Shown in pieces: positions 31,021 through 42,459 of a DNA stretch of 64,000 nucleotides. The notes beneath the pieces were generated by a model. That model was given only the letters and a program-made list of their open reading frames with translations, did no database searches and was not told the origin of the DNA. The position numbers and the translations under genes are program-made. Where the stretch lies: assembly GCA_003104935.1 (NCBI GenBank), contig PQAE01000004.1, forward strand, positions 6,835 through 70,834. Direction: 5' to 3'. How positions within the stretch are numbered: the stretch's first letter is position 1; each line of letters begins with the position of its first letter. The stretch comes from Parcubacteria group bacterium (GTDB lineage: Bacteria > Patescibacteriota > Patescibacteriia > UBA1558 > GWA2-36-10).

Positions 31021-31049
31021 ATACTATCAAAAATTTCTATCCTTGTCAA
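31021..31049 (-). promoter_or_regulatory. Sigma70 promoter for secG
   Basis: TTGACA-17nt-TAGTAT on the minus strand. Confidence 0.6.
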
Positions 31050-31208
31050 GCCTGATTCTTTAGCATGCAAGTTCTTAGCGGCCATGTCTTTGAAGTTATA
31101 TCCTTTTTTTGGAAAATTTCTAGGCCGCTCCTGGCAGAGCACACGATACTTATTGACGGCACAGCATTGTTGTGCTATCCTAGTCAGGATTATATTCTCC
31201 AAATAAAT

Positions 31209-34061
31209 ATGCCCAAATTTATCACTATCAAAGGAGCCAAGGTACATAATCTTAAGAATATTGATGTAAAAATTCCGCGTGATAAATTGACCGTCATCAC
31301 TGGTTTGTCCGGCTCGGGCAAATCTTCTTTGGCTTTTGATACTATTTATGCCGAAGGCCAACGCCGTTATGTGGAGTCATTATCTACCTATGCCAAACAA
31401 TTTTTGGATTTGATGGATAAGCCCGATGTGGAACAAATTGATGGTTTGTCGCCGGCTATTTCTATTGATCAGCATTCTACCTCGCGCAATCCGCGCTCCA
31501 CAGTCGGTACCGTTACGGAAATTTATGATTATCTACGCCTGCTATATTCCAAAGTTGGTCAGCCGCACTGCTACAAATGCGGCCAGAGGCTCAGCCGGCA
31601 GACTCAGACCGAAATCGTAGCTAAGATCGGCCAGTTGGCTCCTGATGCGGAAATTAGATTTCTGGCTCCGGTAGTGCGGGATAAAAAAGGCGATCACCTC
31701 AAAGCGATCGAAAGAGTGAAATCGGCCGGTTATCGCCAGATTAGATTAGACGGCCAGATTTTTTCTTTAGATAAAATACAGGAGATCAATCCGGATCGCA
31801 ACAAACGGCACACCGTAGAAGTGGTTATTGATAATTTGCGTTTAGACGGTACCAGAACCACCAGAGACAGATTAATTCAAGTAGTTAAAACCGCTTTGGA
31901 TCTGGGCAACGGCTTTATGACCGTGGCTTTGTGGCGAGGCGAAAAGGAATGGGGCTTTAGCCAGCACTTTACCTGCCCGAATCATAACGAAGTGATCTTT
32001 GCCGAGATTGAGCCGCGCAATTTTTCATTTAATAGTCCTCATGGTGCTTGTCCGGATTGTACCGGCTTAGGGACAAAACTGACGGTGGATCCGGAGCTGG
32101 TCATGCCCAATAAAAAACTGTCTCTAGCCGAAGGAGCTATCCGACCCTGGTCACGTACGGCCACCAATCAAAATTGGTACAACGCCGTTTTGGAAGCAGT
32201 AGCAAAGAAATACAAATTTTCTACCCGCGTGCCTATCAGCCAGTTAACCAAGAAACAAATGGAGCTGATACTCTTCGGCACCGGCGAAGAGCAATACAAT
32301 TTAAATTTAATAAATCATAATTTTGCCAGCGACTACCAGACGACTTTTGAAGGAGTGGTCAGTAATCTGCAACGGCGCTATCGCGAGACCGATTCGGACT
32401 ATATCCGTAGCGAGATCGAGCGCTATATGAAAATCGAGCTTTGCCAGAGTTGTCTGGGTAAGCGCCTCAAGCCAGAGTCGCTGAGTATCAAAGTGGCGGA
32501 CAAAAATATTGCCGAGGTCTCGGCGATGAATATCGGACAGCTTTACGGTTTTTTTGGCGGGCTGGCTACAAGCCTAAACGCCGAAGAAAATACGATTGCC
32601 CGCCAAATAGTGCGTGAAGTCCGGGAAAGACTAGGATATTTACGCAATGTCGGTTTGGATTATCTGGCTCTGGACCGAGCGGCCAGTACACTTTCCGGCG
32701 GTGAGGCCCAGCGTATCCGTTTGGCTACCCAGATCGGTTCCTCGCTCACGGGAGTAATTTATATTTTAGACGAGCCCTCGATCGGCTTGCATCAACGGGA
32801 TAATAATAGACTGATCCAGGCTTTGAAACATTTGCGTGATTTAGGCAATACCGTCATTGTGGTTGAGCACGATGAAGAAACTATTCTCTCCGCCGAAAAT
32901 ATTATCGATATCGGACCGGGCGCGGGCAAGCACGGCGGCGAGCTCGTCGCTCAGGGCACACCGGACGCTATCCGCAAAAATCCCAAATCTCTGACCGGCC
33001 AATACCTATCCGGTAAAAAGTCTATCCCGATACCCAAAAAATACCGTCGCGGTAGCGGCAAAGCTATCGTGATTAGCGGCGCCGAAGAATTTAATTTGAA
33101 AAATATTGACGTCTCTTTGCCTTTGGGCAAGTTTGTCAGCATCACCGGAGTATCCGGCTCGGGAAAATCCACTCTAATGACGGAGATTTTAGCCAAAACT
33201 CTGGCCAAACATTTTTATCGGGCAAAAGCGAATCCCGGAAAACACAAGAGTATTACCGGTCTGGAAAATATTGATAAAGTGATTGATATCGATCAGTCAC
33301 CGATTGGCCGCACGCCCCGTTCTAATCCCGCGACCTATACCGGTGTCTTCACTTATATCCGTGATTTATTTGCAGAATTGCCGGAGGCCAAAATCCGTGG
33401 TTACAAAGCCGGACGTTTTAGTTTTAATGTCATGGGTGGCCGCTGTGAGGCCTGCCAGGGTGACGGCGTAATCAAGATTGAAATGAATTTTTTGCCCAAT
33501 GTCTATGTGGAGTGCAAAGAGTGCCGCGGCCGGCGTTATAATAACGAAGCTCTAGACATTCATTATAAAGGTAAAGACATTTCCGAGGTTTTGCAGATGA
33601 CGGCCGACGAGGCCATGCATTTTTTTGATGATGTGCCTAATATTTATAATAAATTAAAAACTTTAGTGGATGTCGGCTTGGGCTATGTCCAGCTGGGTCA
33701 GCCGGCCACGACTCTATCCGGCGGCGAAGCCCAGCGCATCAAATTGGCCACGGAATTATCCCGCCGTTCTTCCGGTCGCACGCTGTATATTTTGGATGAG
33801 CCGACTACCGGTTTGCACTTTGATGACATTAAAAGATTATTGGAAGTTTTGCATCGCCTGGTTGATAAAGGCAATACGGTTTTAGTGATTGAACATAATC
33901 TGGATGTGATCAAGAGCTCGGACTGGATTATAGATCTCGGGCCCGAGGGCGGGGACGGTGGCGGTTATCTTGTAGCCGAAGGCACGCCCGTGCAAGTTGC
34001 CAAGGTAAAGAAAAGTTATACCGGCCAATATTTGGCTAAAATACTGGCTAAGAAGAAATAA
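31209..34061 (+). CDS. uvrA: Excinuclease ABC subunit A
   Basis: Two ABC ATPase domains ([24 protein letters not shown] twice) and Zn fingers; start at MPKFIT. Confidence 0.98.
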   Translation: MPKFITIKGAKVHNLKNIDVKIPRDKLTVITGLSGSGKSSLAFDTIYAEGQRRYVESLSTYAKQFLDLMDKPDVEQIDGLSPAISIDQHSTSRNPRSTVGTVTEIYDYLRLLYSKVGQPHCYKCGQRLSRQTQTEIVAKIGQLAPDAEIRFLAPVVRDKKGDHLKAIERVKSAGYRQIRLDGQIFSLDKIQEINPDRNKRHTVEVVIDNLRLDGTRTTRDRLIQVVKTALDLGNGFMTVALWRGEKEWGFSQHFTCPNHNEVIFAEIEPRNFSFNSPHGACPDCTGLGTKLTVDPELVMPNKKLSLAEGAIRPWSRTATNQNWYNAVLEAVAKKYKFSTRVPISQLTKKQMELILFGTGEEQYNLNLINHNFASDYQTTFEGVVSNLQRRYRETDSDYIRSEIERYMKIELCQSCLGKRLKPESLSIKVADKNIAEVSAMNIGQLYGFFGGLATSLNAEENTIARQIVREVRERLGYLRNVGLDYLALDRAASTLSGGEAQRIRLATQIGSSLTGVIYILDEPSIGLHQRDNNRLIQALKHLRDLGNTVIVVEHDEETILSAENIIDIGPGAGKHGGELVAQGTPDAIRKNPKSLTGQYLSGKKSIPIPKKYRRGSGKAIVISGAEEFNLKNIDVSLPLGKFVSITGVSGSGKSTLMTEILAKTLAKHFYRAKANPGKHKSITGLENIDKVIDIDQSPIGRTPRSNPATYTGVFTYIRDLFAELPEAKIRGYKAGRFSFNVMGGRCEACQGDGVIKIEMNFLPNVYVECKECRGRRYNNEALDIHYKGKDISEVLQMTADEAMHFFDDVPNIYNKLKTLVDVGLGYVQLGQPATTLSGGEAQRIKLATELSRRSSGRTLYILDEPTTGLHFDDIKRLLEVLHRLVDKGNTVLVIEHNLDVIKSSDWIIDLGPEGGDGGGYLVAEGTPVQVAKVKKSYTGQYLAKILAKKK

Positions 34062-34075
34062 AAATTATTTTAATA

Positions 34076-34143
34076 CCCCCTCTGTCTCTCGACAAGCTCG
34101 AGACATCTCCCCCCTAATTTAGGGGGAGCGAAAGAGGGGGGGG
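34076..34143. repeat. C-rich/G-rich palindromic repeat (family A)
   Basis: CCCCCTCT-[GTCTCTCGACAAGCTCGAGAC]-ATCTCCCCCTAATTTAGGGGGAG..AGAGGGGG. Confidence 0.7.
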
Positions 34144-34156
34144 TATTTTTTATTTG

Positions 34157-34259
34157 GTCATTCTGGAGCGAAGTCGCGTCTGACACGACGAGCGATAGAA
34201 TCTATGAGATTATATACATATAGACTCTATCGTCGCGCTGAGCGTGACTCCAGAGTGAC
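34157..34259. repeat. REP-like palindromic repeat GTCATTCTGGAG...CTCCAGAGTGAC
   Basis: Terminal inverted repeat with nested hairpins. Confidence 0.75.
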
Positions 34260-34347
34260 AGTGGGGTAGTGTTAATCTATTGACAAAATCAATAAAATGT
34301 GAGGGGCTTCTTTCTTTTTATAAAAATGCCGACGATAGCCATTTACA

Positions 34348-34422
34348 GTCATTGCGAGGAGCTTAGGCGACGACGCAATCTAAAAGCTATGGATTGCCAC
34401 GCCCTAACGGGCTCGCAATGAC
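34348..34422. repeat. REP-like palindromic repeat (family B)
   Basis: GTCATTGCGAG...GCAATC..GATTGC...CTCGCAATGAC. Confidence 0.8.
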
Positions 34423-34566
34423 CAAATGCCATGCTGTCGGCATTTTTTTAGAGAGTTTTTAAAAATCCCCCACTTTCCGACGACGCGAGGAGGCTTATTG
34501 TTAGCTTTATTTTTATTGCCAATTCTCGCCAAATTGAGTAATATAAAGGCAAGGAAAATCGCTGTT

Positions 34567-35535
34567 ATGACTGATTTGGAAAAAGCAATTTTAAAAACCA
34601 TCACCTATTTTGATGTTTTTAATTATCCCCTGACAGACTGGGAGATACAGAAGTGGCTTTACAAATATCCTGGCACCACCAAGTTATCGGAAATTCGTAA
34701 TGTATTGGCGAACAGCCAGATTCTAAAAAAAGAATTGATTCTCAGCGAAGGATTTTACAGTTTGCGGGGCCGGGAAAATATTTACTTACAACGTAAACAA
34801 AATAATAATCTGGCGGAAAGAAAATATAACCGGGCCTTGCGTCTGGTTAGGCTCTACCGCTTTGTTCCTTACATCAAGATGGTGGCGGTCTGTAACTCGT
34901 TGTCTTATAGCAATGCGGCTGATGACAGCGACATTGATTTTTTTATCATCACCAAAAAAAATAAGATCTGGATAGCCAGATTCTTGGCGATCATCCTGGT
35001 CGGCCTATCCGGTTTCCGGCCGAGAGTCGGACATACCCGTGATGCCTATTGCCTTAGTTTTTTTATTGACGAGTCCAAACTAGATATTCGCGACCTGTCT
35101 TTGGGCAAGCACGATATCTATTTTACATATTGGCTTCGTCAGCTGATGCCAATTTACAATCCGGCCGGGCTTTATGAAAAATTTTTAGCGGCCAATAGCT
35201 GGACCAATAGTTTTTTGCCAAATGCTTATGCTAATAAATTTGTTCGCGAGGTGACCAGCGGCCAGACCAGCCGACGCTGGCGTAAATTTATCGGCGTGCT
35301 ATTATCTCCGCCTTTTATCAGCCGGGGACTGGATGCCGTTTATCGTCAGCTCCAGATGAGGATCCTGGGGCGCAATCTCAAAGCCATCATCAATATCGAC
35401 ACCCGGGTGGTGGTCAATGATCGCGTCCTCAAGCTGCACAACAATGACCGCCGTGAGTATTTTTATAAAAAATGGAAAGAATTAATTCGCCCTTTATTAG
35501 ATAAATATGAAGAACCTAGCGCACAAATCATTTAA
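34567..35535 (+). CDS. Conserved hypothetical protein with nucleotidyltransferase-like motif
   Basis: YFDVFNYPLT; NSLS..DSDIDFFII (variant of the GS..DxD motif); start at MTDLEK. Confidence 0.7.
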   Translation: MTDLEKAILKTITYFDVFNYPLTDWEIQKWLYKYPGTTKLSEIRNVLANSQILKKELILSEGFYSLRGRENIYLQRKQNNNLAERKYNRALRLVRLYRFVPYIKMVAVCNSLSYSNAADDSDIDFFIITKKNKIWIARFLAIILVGLSGFRPRVGHTRDAYCLSFFIDESKLDIRDLSLGKHDIYFTYWLRQLMPIYNPAGLYEKFLAANSWTNSFLPNAYANKFVREVTSGQTSRRWRKFIGVLLSPPFISRGLDAVYRQLQMRILGRNLKAIINIDTRVVVNDRVLKLHNNDRREYFYKKWKELIRPLLDKYEEPSAQII

Positions 35536-36805
35536 ATTTTTTCTGGGATTATTTATCATCCTGATTCCCTGGCAGACCCGCTGGATTTTTTCCTACTGGA
35601 ATATCGGGGCCGAGCCCTGGGAGATCGGTAAACTCAGTCTTTACGGGAGTATGATCGTGCTGCTCCTGGCGGCCATTTTTTTCCTGACTCAGCACCGCGA
35701 AGAACTGAAGCTGTCCAAAAATAAATTTCTTTATTTTGTCTTTGCTTATTCTATCGTCATCGGTCTGTGGTCGCCGTTACCGGCCGTGTCTTTATATTAT
35801 CTGTTGATAGTATATCTGGCCGTACTTTTTGCCCACCTTTGCCGTTTTTTAAACAAGAGAGCCTTGCTTTATATGTTTTTGACTAGTGGCCTAATCCAAG
35901 CTCTCTTAGCTTTACAGCAATCGATCGCGCAACATATCTGGGCAAACAAATGGCTGGGTTTGGCCGAACACCTGCCCAATACACTCGGTACGGCCGTGGT
36001 GGAGCTGGGAAATGAGCGCATCCTGCGGGCTTACGGCGCCCTGCCCCACCCCAACATCCTGGGCGGGTTTTTATTTATGACTATTTTTATCGGCGTCTAT
36101 CTCTGGGTAGATTTTTATCAGCGTGGCGAAAAAGAAAGATGGGGCCAATCATATGTCAGAAAAAATGTCGCCGGATTTTTGTATGTAATCACGACCTTGG
36201 TGGTGGCTACTTATGCTCTGCTGGCGACTTTTTCTCGCAGTGCGGTGCTGGCTCTTTTGGCCAGTTTATTTTCCGTAGCAATCATCAATGTCCTGCGTCG
36301 AAAATGGCTGCGCGTCAGCGTGGTCATCCGCTATGCCATAATCTTTATTATCGTAGTTTTATCTTTTAACGCCTGGTTTGGTGACGCCTGGACTACCCGC
36401 CTACAGGTAGCCGGTCGCTTGGAAGAAAAATCTGTCAAGGAACGATACGGTTCTTTTAATCAGTTTTATACCGCCAGCGGTAAAGACATTTTATTTGGCC
36501 AGGGTATGGCTATGAACACCAAGGTGACCAAAGATCACAATCCGACGGAGGCGGTTTACAATATTCAACCAATTCACGATACTTTTGCGCTGGCCTTAGC
36601 GGAAGTGGGTGTAATTGGTATTTTGCTGATTATCGGTATTTTGAGAATGGTCATCAAAGAAGCGGACGAGATCGACACAGCTTCCACCAGCTTATTATTA
36701 GGGTTGATGGTGATTGGTTTATTTGATCATTATCTCTGGACCACCTGGACCGGTTGGTTGATGATGGTCTTTGGCCTGGTTAATATGTATAAACAGAAGA
36801 AATAG
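35507..36805 (+). CDS. O-antigen ligase/Wzy-like membrane protein
   Basis: RAYGALPHPNILGG, TFSRS, GQG, PIHD, FDHY; multiple TMs. Confidence 0.85.
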   Translation: MKNLAHKSFKFFLGLFIILIPWQTRWIFSYWNIGAEPWEIGKLSLYGSMIVLLLAAIFFLTQHREELKLSKNKFLYFVFAYSIVIGLWSPLPAVSLYYLLIVYLAVLFAHLCRFLNKRALLYMFLTSGLIQALLALQQSIAQHIWANKWLGLAEHLPNTLGTAVVELGNERILRAYGALPHPNILGGFLFMTIFIGVYLWVDFYQRGEKERWGQSYVRKNVAGFLYVITTLVVATYALLATFSRSAVLALLASLFSVAIINVLRRKWLRVSVVIRYAIIFIIVVLSFNAWFGDAWTTRLQVAGRLEEKSVKERYGSFNQFYTASGKDILFGQGMAMNTKVTKDHNPTEAVYNIQPIHDTFALALAEVGVIGILLIIGILRMVIKEADEIDTASTSLLLGLMVIGLFDHYLWTTWTGWLMMVFGLVNMYKQKK

Positions 36806-36826
36806 TGGAAAACAATTTTTTTAAAT

Positions 36827-36890
36827 ACCCCTTCTGATTCTCGCTTCGCTCAAATCTTCTCCCCCTTAGAAAGGGGGGAGATAAAAGGGG
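36827..36890. repeat. C-rich/G-rich palindromic repeat (family A)
   Basis: CCCCTTCT..TCTCCCCCTTAGAAAGGGGGAGATAAAAGGGG. Confidence 0.65.
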
Positions 36891-36909
36891 TGTTATTATT
36901 TGGTTTTTC

Positions 36910-36938
36910 TTGACAAAATAATCTTAGCACTCTATAAT
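36910..36938 (+). promoter_or_regulatory. Consensus sigma70 promoter of groESL
   Basis: TTGACA (36910) -17 nt- TATAAT (36933). Confidence 0.9.
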
Positions 36939-36950
36939 ACAGAGTGCTAA
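36924..36950. promoter_or_regulatory. CIRCE operator (HrcA site)
   Basis: Perfect TTAGCACTC-N9-GAGTGCTAA upstream of groES. Confidence 0.97.
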
Positions 36951-37006
36951 TTTTTCGCCCGATGGGCGATCCGCCTTTGGCGGAATTAACCTAAACCAAT
37001 AAAAAT

Positions 37007-37282
37007 ATGAATCTAAAACCATTAGGAGACCGGGCGGTTGTGCGGCCTTTGCCCAAAGAAGAGCTGACTAAATCCGGTTTGATTTTGCCGGAAAATGTCA
37101 GTAAAGATTCCCGTCTAGAAGGCGAGCTGATGGCTATCGGCCAGGGAGAAAAAATCTCTAAACTTGGTCTGAAAGTCGGACAAAAAGTAGTTTTCTCCGA
37201 ATATGGCGGAGCGGAAATAAAAATCGAGGGGCAAGAATATAAGATTATTAATCTGGAAGACCTCTTGGCAGTTATTGAATAA
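37007..37282 (+). CDS. groES: Co-chaperonin GroES
   Basis: LKPLGDR, TKSGLILP, EYGG.EIK. Confidence 0.96.
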   Translation: MNLKPLGDRAVVRPLPKEELTKSGLILPENVSKDSRLEGELMAIGQGEKISKLGLKVGQKVVFSEYGGAEIKIEGQEYKIINLEDLLAVIE

Positions 37283-37284
37283 TC

Positions 37285-37358
37285 GCTATTGCGAGGTCGG
37301 CTAGTGCCGTGGCAATCGCAGTGAGATTGCTTCCCGCGCCAAGCGCGGTCGCAAAAGC
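37285..37358. repeat. REP-like palindromic repeat (family B) between groES and groEL
   Basis: GCTATTGCGAGG..GCAATC..GAGATTGC..TCGCAAAAGC. Confidence 0.7.
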
Positions 37359-37380
37359 TTAAAGAAAGGAAATAAATTTT

Positions 37381-39012
37381 ATGGCTAAACAAATATTTTT
37401 TAAAGAAGAGGCCCGCGCCAAGATGAAAAGAGGCGTGGACATCCTGGCTAACGCCGTCAAAGTCACTCTGGGACCCAAAGGGCGTAATGCGGTGCTGGAC
37501 AAAGGCTTTGGCGCGCCCAATATCACTAAAGACGGTGTGACCGTGGCCAAAGATATAGAGCTGGAAGACAAATTGGAAAATATGGGAGCGGAAATCGTCA
37601 AAGAAGTGGCCTCCAAGACGGCTGATGTAGCCGGTGACGGTACTACTACCGCCACCATTTTGGCCCAGGGCATAATCATGGAAGGTCTAAAAAATGTCAC
37701 GGCCGGAGCCGATCCATTAACCTTAAAAAGTGGTATTGATCAGGCCACGGAAGCCGTCGTAGCTCATTTAAAAAAAATATCCAAGGCTGTTTCTGGTCAG
37801 CAGGAAATAGAGCAAGTAGCCGCAATTTCCGCCAATGATAAAGCTATCGGCAAAACTATCGCCGAGGCCATGCAGTCCGTGGGCAACAACGGCGTGATTA
37901 CCGTAGAAGAATCCCAGAGTTTCGGTATCGAGAGCAAAGTAGAAGAGGGTATGCAGTTTGACCGCGGTTACGTCTCTCACTATATGGTGACGGACACGGA
38001 AAAGATGCAGGCGATCTATAATGATGTCAGTATTTTGATTACCGATCAGAAAATTTCCGCTTTGCAGGACCTATTACCTCTATTGGAAGCTCTGGCTCAG
38101 GCCGGAAAAAAAGAATTAATTATTATTGCCGATGATATTGAGGGCGAAGCCCTGGCTACATTAGTCGTTAACAAAATTAGGGGAATCTTTAATACTCTGG
38201 CCGTCAAAGCGCCTGGTTTTGGTGACCGCAAAAAAGAAATGTTGCAGGACATCGCCGTTCTCACCGGGGCTAAGTTGGTTTCGGAAGAACTGGGTATGAA
38301 ATTATCCAGCGCTACGGCGGAAGTTTTAGGCTCGGCCCGCAAGGTGCTCTCTACAAAAGAGAATACTACTATAGTAGAAGGCCGCGGTGAGGCCAATGAA
38401 ATCGCCGCGCGAGTAGCCCAGATCAAAAAAGCCTTGTCCGAAGCCGAATCTGATTTTGACAAAGAAAAATTACAGGAAAGGTTGGCTAAGCTCACCGGCG
38501 GTGTAGCCGTCATCCGCGTGGGAGCGGCGACTGAAACCGAAATGAAGGAGAAGAAAGATCGCATTGAAGATGCGCTGGCCGCTACCAAAGCGGCCGTGGA
38601 GGAAGGAGTTTTGGTCGGCGGCGGTGTGGCCTACTTACGCTCACTGGAATCTATTGATAAATTAAATCTGGACGGCGAGGAAAAATTAGGCGCCGAGATT
38701 TTAAAAAAAGCCCTGACCACTCCAGCCGAGCAGATTGCCAAAAACGCCGGCAAGGACGGTGCAGTGGTAGTGGCGGAGATTTTGAAAAACAAAGACAACT
38801 TTGGCTATAATGCCAAAGACGATAAATTTGAAGATCTGGTTCAGGCCGGTATTATTGACCCGACTAAAGTAGCGCGCTCAGCTTTGCAAAACGCCGCTTC
38901 CGCCGCGGGATTGTTTCTGACCACCGAAGTGGCTATCGCCGATCTACCCAAGAAAGAAGACGACAGCCACGCCGGTATGGGTCATATGCCCGACGGCATG
39001 AATATGATGTAA
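37381..39012 (+). CDS. groEL: Chaperonin GroEL
   Basis: [31 protein letters not shown]. Confidence 0.99.
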   Translation: MAKQIFFKEEARAKMKRGVDILANAVKVTLGPKGRNAVLDKGFGAPNITKDGVTVAKDIELEDKLENMGAEIVKEVASKTADVAGDGTTTATILAQGIIMEGLKNVTAGADPLTLKSGIDQATEAVVAHLKKISKAVSGQQEIEQVAAISANDKAIGKTIAEAMQSVGNNGVITVEESQSFGIESKVEEGMQFDRGYVSHYMVTDTEKMQAIYNDVSILITDQKISALQDLLPLLEALAQAGKKELIIIADDIEGEALATLVVNKIRGIFNTLAVKAPGFGDRKKEMLQDIAVLTGAKLVSEELGMKLSSATAEVLGSARKVLSTKENTTIVEGRGEANEIAARVAQIKKALSEAESDFDKEKLQERLAKLTGGVAVIRVGAATETEMKEKKDRIEDALAATKAAVEEGVLVGGGVAYLRSLESIDKLNLDGEEKLGAEILKKALTTPAEQIAKNAGKDGAVVVAEILKNKDNFGYNAKDDKFEDLVQAGIIDPTKVARSALQNAASAAGLFLTTEVAIADLPKKEDDSHAGMGHMPDGMNMM

Positions 39013-39103
39013 TACTAATTTACTTAAACTGGCTTCGCTTTTGGCGGGGCCTTTTTGTTTTATATCTGTTTTTTTGTTATAATAAGAGTGTGTTTTACGG
39101 CTT

Positions 39104-39643
39104 ATGATCAGTGTAGAGAGTAAAGAAAAAGATGCCTTCAGCTATAATAGCGGTTCGGGCTATCAATATGAAGGCGAGAGTTCGGAAATCTGGGTGGCGG
39201 ATTTTGGTTCGCACGATATCGAGGAGTCCCTGCGCGAGGAAGTAGCCAAGCTGAAGCCCAAAACTCCTTTGTATGTCAGCTGGATACTGACCGCTTTGCT
39301 CATTTTCATTGTGGTGATGTCGGGAGAATGGCTGGTGCGTGTTTGGACTGAGCGTCTGTATTGGTCGGAAATAACTATTTTTTGGTCAGTGTGGCTGTGG
39401 CGTCTAGCGGCTCTCCTAGCCTGGATTTATGTGGCTCGTTTCCGCTGGGCTATAGACTGGCGCAAATTTTTTATCATCAGTTTGATCGCTTTTATCCTGG
39501 CCGTGTTTGTGGCCGATATCTTTAAAATCGTAGCTATCGGCTCGGCCTGGACTTGGCTCAATCTACTGGTAGACCCGATTTGGATGGCCATACTGGTAGC
39601 CGCCCTAGGCGCTGTGCTTTATAAATTAACTAATCATAAATAA
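39104..39643 (+). CDS. Hypothetical membrane protein (about 4 TM)
   Basis: Hydrophobic segments; extended -10 TGTTATAAT upstream. Confidence 0.65.
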   Translation: MISVESKEKDAFSYNSGSGYQYEGESSEIWVADFGSHDIEESLREEVAKLKPKTPLYVSWILTALLIFIVVMSGEWLVRVWTERLYWSEITIFWSVWLWRLAALLAWIYVARFRWAIDWRKFFIISLIAFILAVFVADIFKIVAIGSAWTWLNLLVDPIWMAILVAALGAVLYKLTNHK

Positions 39644-39658
39644 TAATTAATAAAAAAT

Positions 39659-39976
39659 ATGGAAGAAGTAAAGACAAATATGCCGCCGGACAAAAGAGAC
39701 GTGGAAGAAAATAAGCTCATTTCCGCTTTGGCTTATATTTCTATCATTTGCCTGGTGCCGCTGTTTTTAAAAAGAGAATCTAAGTTTGCTCAGTTTCATG
39801 CTAAGCAGGGATTAATCCTGTTTATCATCGAGCTTTTTGCCTTTATACCATTTTTTGGTACGATTCTATTTATCATCGCGGTGATTCTGGCCATCCTGGG
39901 AGCGCTCAATGCCTGGAACGGCAAATATTGGGTGATGCCGGTGCTGGGCCAGTTTGCCAGCAAATTAAATATTTAA
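39659..39976 (+). CDS. DUF4870-like small membrane protein
   Basis: ALAYI..LVPL..SKFAQFHAKQG..PVLG. Confidence 0.8.
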   Translation: MEEVKTNMPPDKRDVEENKLISALAYISIICLVPLFLKRESKFAQFHAKQGLILFIIELFAFIPFFGTILFIIAVILAILGALNAWNGKYWVMPVLGQFASKLNI

Positions 39977-40053
39977 TTTTTTTGAGCAATAGAAATAAGC
40001 CGGGGCAGAAGCTGTGCTCGACTTATTTTTTCTAAGCTTTAATTTTTTATTTT

Positions 40054-42459
40054 ATGGCCAGCAAAAAATTTATCCTCTGGTTTAATCAGATAGGCATCAA
40101 AGATGTTTCCAAAGTCGGCGGCAAAGGAGCGTCGCTCGGTGAGATGTACCGCAAATTATCGGCTCAGGGTGTGCCCATACCAAACGGTTTTGCGGTCACG
40201 GCCGAGGCCTACGACTATTTTGTCACGGTGACGGGGTTAAAAAAACAAATCAAACAGGTTTTACAGGGATTAGACACCCATGATATCCATAGTTTGCAGA
40301 GCGCGGGACAGAAAATCAGACAACTGATCATCGCCGCGGATTTTCCGGCGGATTTGAAGAAATATATTGCGGCGGCCTATCAGAAATTATCGGCTACCTA
40401 CAAAATAAAGAATGTTGATGTGGCGGTGCGTTCCAGTGCTACGGCGGAAGACTTGCCGGACGCATCTTTTGCCGGCCAGCAGGATACTTATCTCAATGTT
40501 GAGGGCAACGCCGAATTATTAGAGGCCTGCAGGCGCTGTATGGCTTCGCTTTTTACCGATCGGGCTATTTCCTATCGCCACGACAAGGGTTTTGACCATT
40601 TCAAGGTCAAACTTTCCATCACCATCCAAAAGATGGTGCGCTCGGATTTGGCCTGTTCGGGCGTGATGTTTTCTATTGATACGGAATCGGGTTTTCGTCA
40701 GGCCGTGCTGATCAACTCTATTTATGGTCTGGGCGAATATATAGTCCAGGGCATGGTCAATCCCGACGAATTTTATGTGTTTAAACCCACTTTAAAGGCG
40801 GGTAAAAATGCAATTATCGGCCGGCGATTGGGATCAAAAAAAATAAAACTAGTCTATGATTCCAAATCCCGGACTAATACCAAGAAAATGGCGGTGACAC
40901 CGGCGGAGCAAAATAAATTTGCGCTGACGGACAGAGAGGTGATGCAGTTAGCGCGTTGGGCGGTAGATATCGAACAGCACTATAAAAAACCGATGGATAT
41001 GGAATGGGCCAAAGACGGGCGGACCGGAAAATTGTTTATCGTCCAGGCCCGGCCGGAAACCGTGGTCTCTCAGGAAGATCCTAATACTTTGACGGAATAT
41101 AAATTAGCGCACAGCGGTAAAGTGATCGTGGAGGGCGCCTCGGTAGGCAACAAGATCGGTCAGGGCACGGCCCATATTATCCTCAATGCCAAACAGATCG
41201 ACCAGTTTAAAAAAGGCGAAGTGCTGGTGACCGAGATGACTGATCCCGATTGGGAACCGATTATGAAAATCGCTTCGGCGATTATTACTAACTCCGGCGG
41301 TCGCACCTGCCACGCGGCTATTATTTCCCGGGAGCTGGGCATCCCCTGTGTAGTGGGCACAAGAAATGGCACGGACAGAATCAAGAACGGCCAGTTGCTG
41401 ACGGTCTCCTGCGCTGAAGGCGAGCGGGGTCGCGTCTATCAGGGATTATTAAAATACAATATCAAAAAAACAAATCTGCGTCAGATAAAAAAACCGCAGA
41501 CCAAGATCATGATGAACGTGGGTAATCCTGAGACGGCCATGCAGGATAGTTTTATACCCAATGACGGCGTAGGGCTGGCCCGTGAAGAATTTATCATTTC
41601 CAATTATATCCGCATTCACCCGCTGGCTTTATTGAATTACGGAAAATTAAAGGACCAGTCGGCTAAAAAACAGATTGCCAAACTGACGGCCAGCTATAAA
41701 AATAAAGCCCGGTATTTTGTGGATAAATTGGCCGAGGGTGTGGCTACTATCGCCGCCAGTTTTTATCCCAAGGATGTCATTATCAGGCTATCAGATTTTA
41801 AATCCAATGAATATGCCAATCTGATCGGCGGCCGCGCTTTTGAAGCGATTGAGTCCAACCCCATGATCGGTTGGCGGGGAGCGAGTCGCTACTATGACAG
41901 CAAGTATTTGCCGGCTTTTATCTTAGAATGCAAAGCTTTGTATAAAGTGCGCCAAGATATGGGCCTGAAAAATCTTAAAATAATGGTACCGTTTTGCCGC
42001 ACCATAGAAGAGGGCAAAAAAGTGTTAAAAATCATGGCCGATAACGGTCTGGTGCGCGGCCGTGATGGTCTGCAGGTCTATGTGATGTGTGAGATTCCTT
42101 CAAATGTGATTTTGGCTACAGAGTTTTCCAAGATTTTTGACGGATTTTCTATCGGCTCCAATGATTTGACTCAGTTGACCCTAGGTGTGGATCGCGACAG
42201 CGAATTGGTCGCTCACGTCTATGATGAAAGAAATGAGGCCGTCAAAACTCTAATCAGGCAAGTCATCAAAACCGCTAAAAAAATGCACCGTAAGATCGGC
42301 ATTTGCGGACAGGCACCATCTGACTTTCCTGATTTTGCCCAGTTTTTGGTCGGTGAAGGCATTGATTCTATTTCTCTTAACCCCGATACGGTCATTAAGA
42401 CCATGATCGCTATCAATCAGACGGAAAGAAAATTACGCCGGCGGCGAAAAAAGAGATGA
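40054..42459 (+). CDS. ppsA: Phosphoenolpyruvate synthase
   Basis: VGGKGASLGEM, RSSATAED, GGRTCHAAI, GFSIGSNDLTQ. Confidence 0.97.
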   Translation: MASKKFILWFNQIGIKDVSKVGGKGASLGEMYRKLSAQGVPIPNGFAVTAEAYDYFVTVTGLKKQIKQVLQGLDTHDIHSLQSAGQKIRQLIIAADFPADLKKYIAAAYQKLSATYKIKNVDVAVRSSATAEDLPDASFAGQQDTYLNVEGNAELLEACRRCMASLFTDRAISYRHDKGFDHFKVKLSITIQKMVRSDLACSGVMFSIDTESGFRQAVLINSIYGLGEYIVQGMVNPDEFYVFKPTLKAGKNAIIGRRLGSKKIKLVYDSKSRTNTKKMAVTPAEQNKFALTDREVMQLARWAVDIEQHYKKPMDMEWAKDGRTGKLFIVQARPETVVSQEDPNTLTEYKLAHSGKVIVEGASVGNKIGQGTAHIILNAKQIDQFKKGEVLVTEMTDPDWEPIMKIASAIITNSGGRTCHAAIISRELGIPCVVGTRNGTDRIKNGQLLTVSCAEGERGRVYQGLLKYNIKKTNLRQIKKPQTKIMMNVGNPETAMQDSFIPNDGVGLAREEFIISNYIRIHPLALLNYGKLKDQSAKKQIAKLTASYKNKARYFVDKLAEGVATIAASFYPKDVIIRLSDFKSNEYANLIGGRAFEAIESNPMIGWRGASRYYDSKYLPAFILECKALYKVRQDMGLKNLKIMVPFCRTIEEGKKVLKIMADNGLVRGRDGLQVYVMCEIPSNVILATEFSKIFDGFSIGSNDLTQLTLGVDRDSELVAHVYDERNEAVKTLIRQVIKTAKKMHRKIGICGQAPSDFPDFAQFLVGEGIDSISLNPDTVIKTMIAINQTERKLRRRRKKR

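Noticed and set aside
31065-31208. Long N-terminal extension of UvrA (similarly the longest-ORF starts at 11704, 22971 and 34426)
   Set aside because: Family-like sequence begins at downstream starts; the extensions run through promoter or intergenic DNA or overlap neighbouring genes
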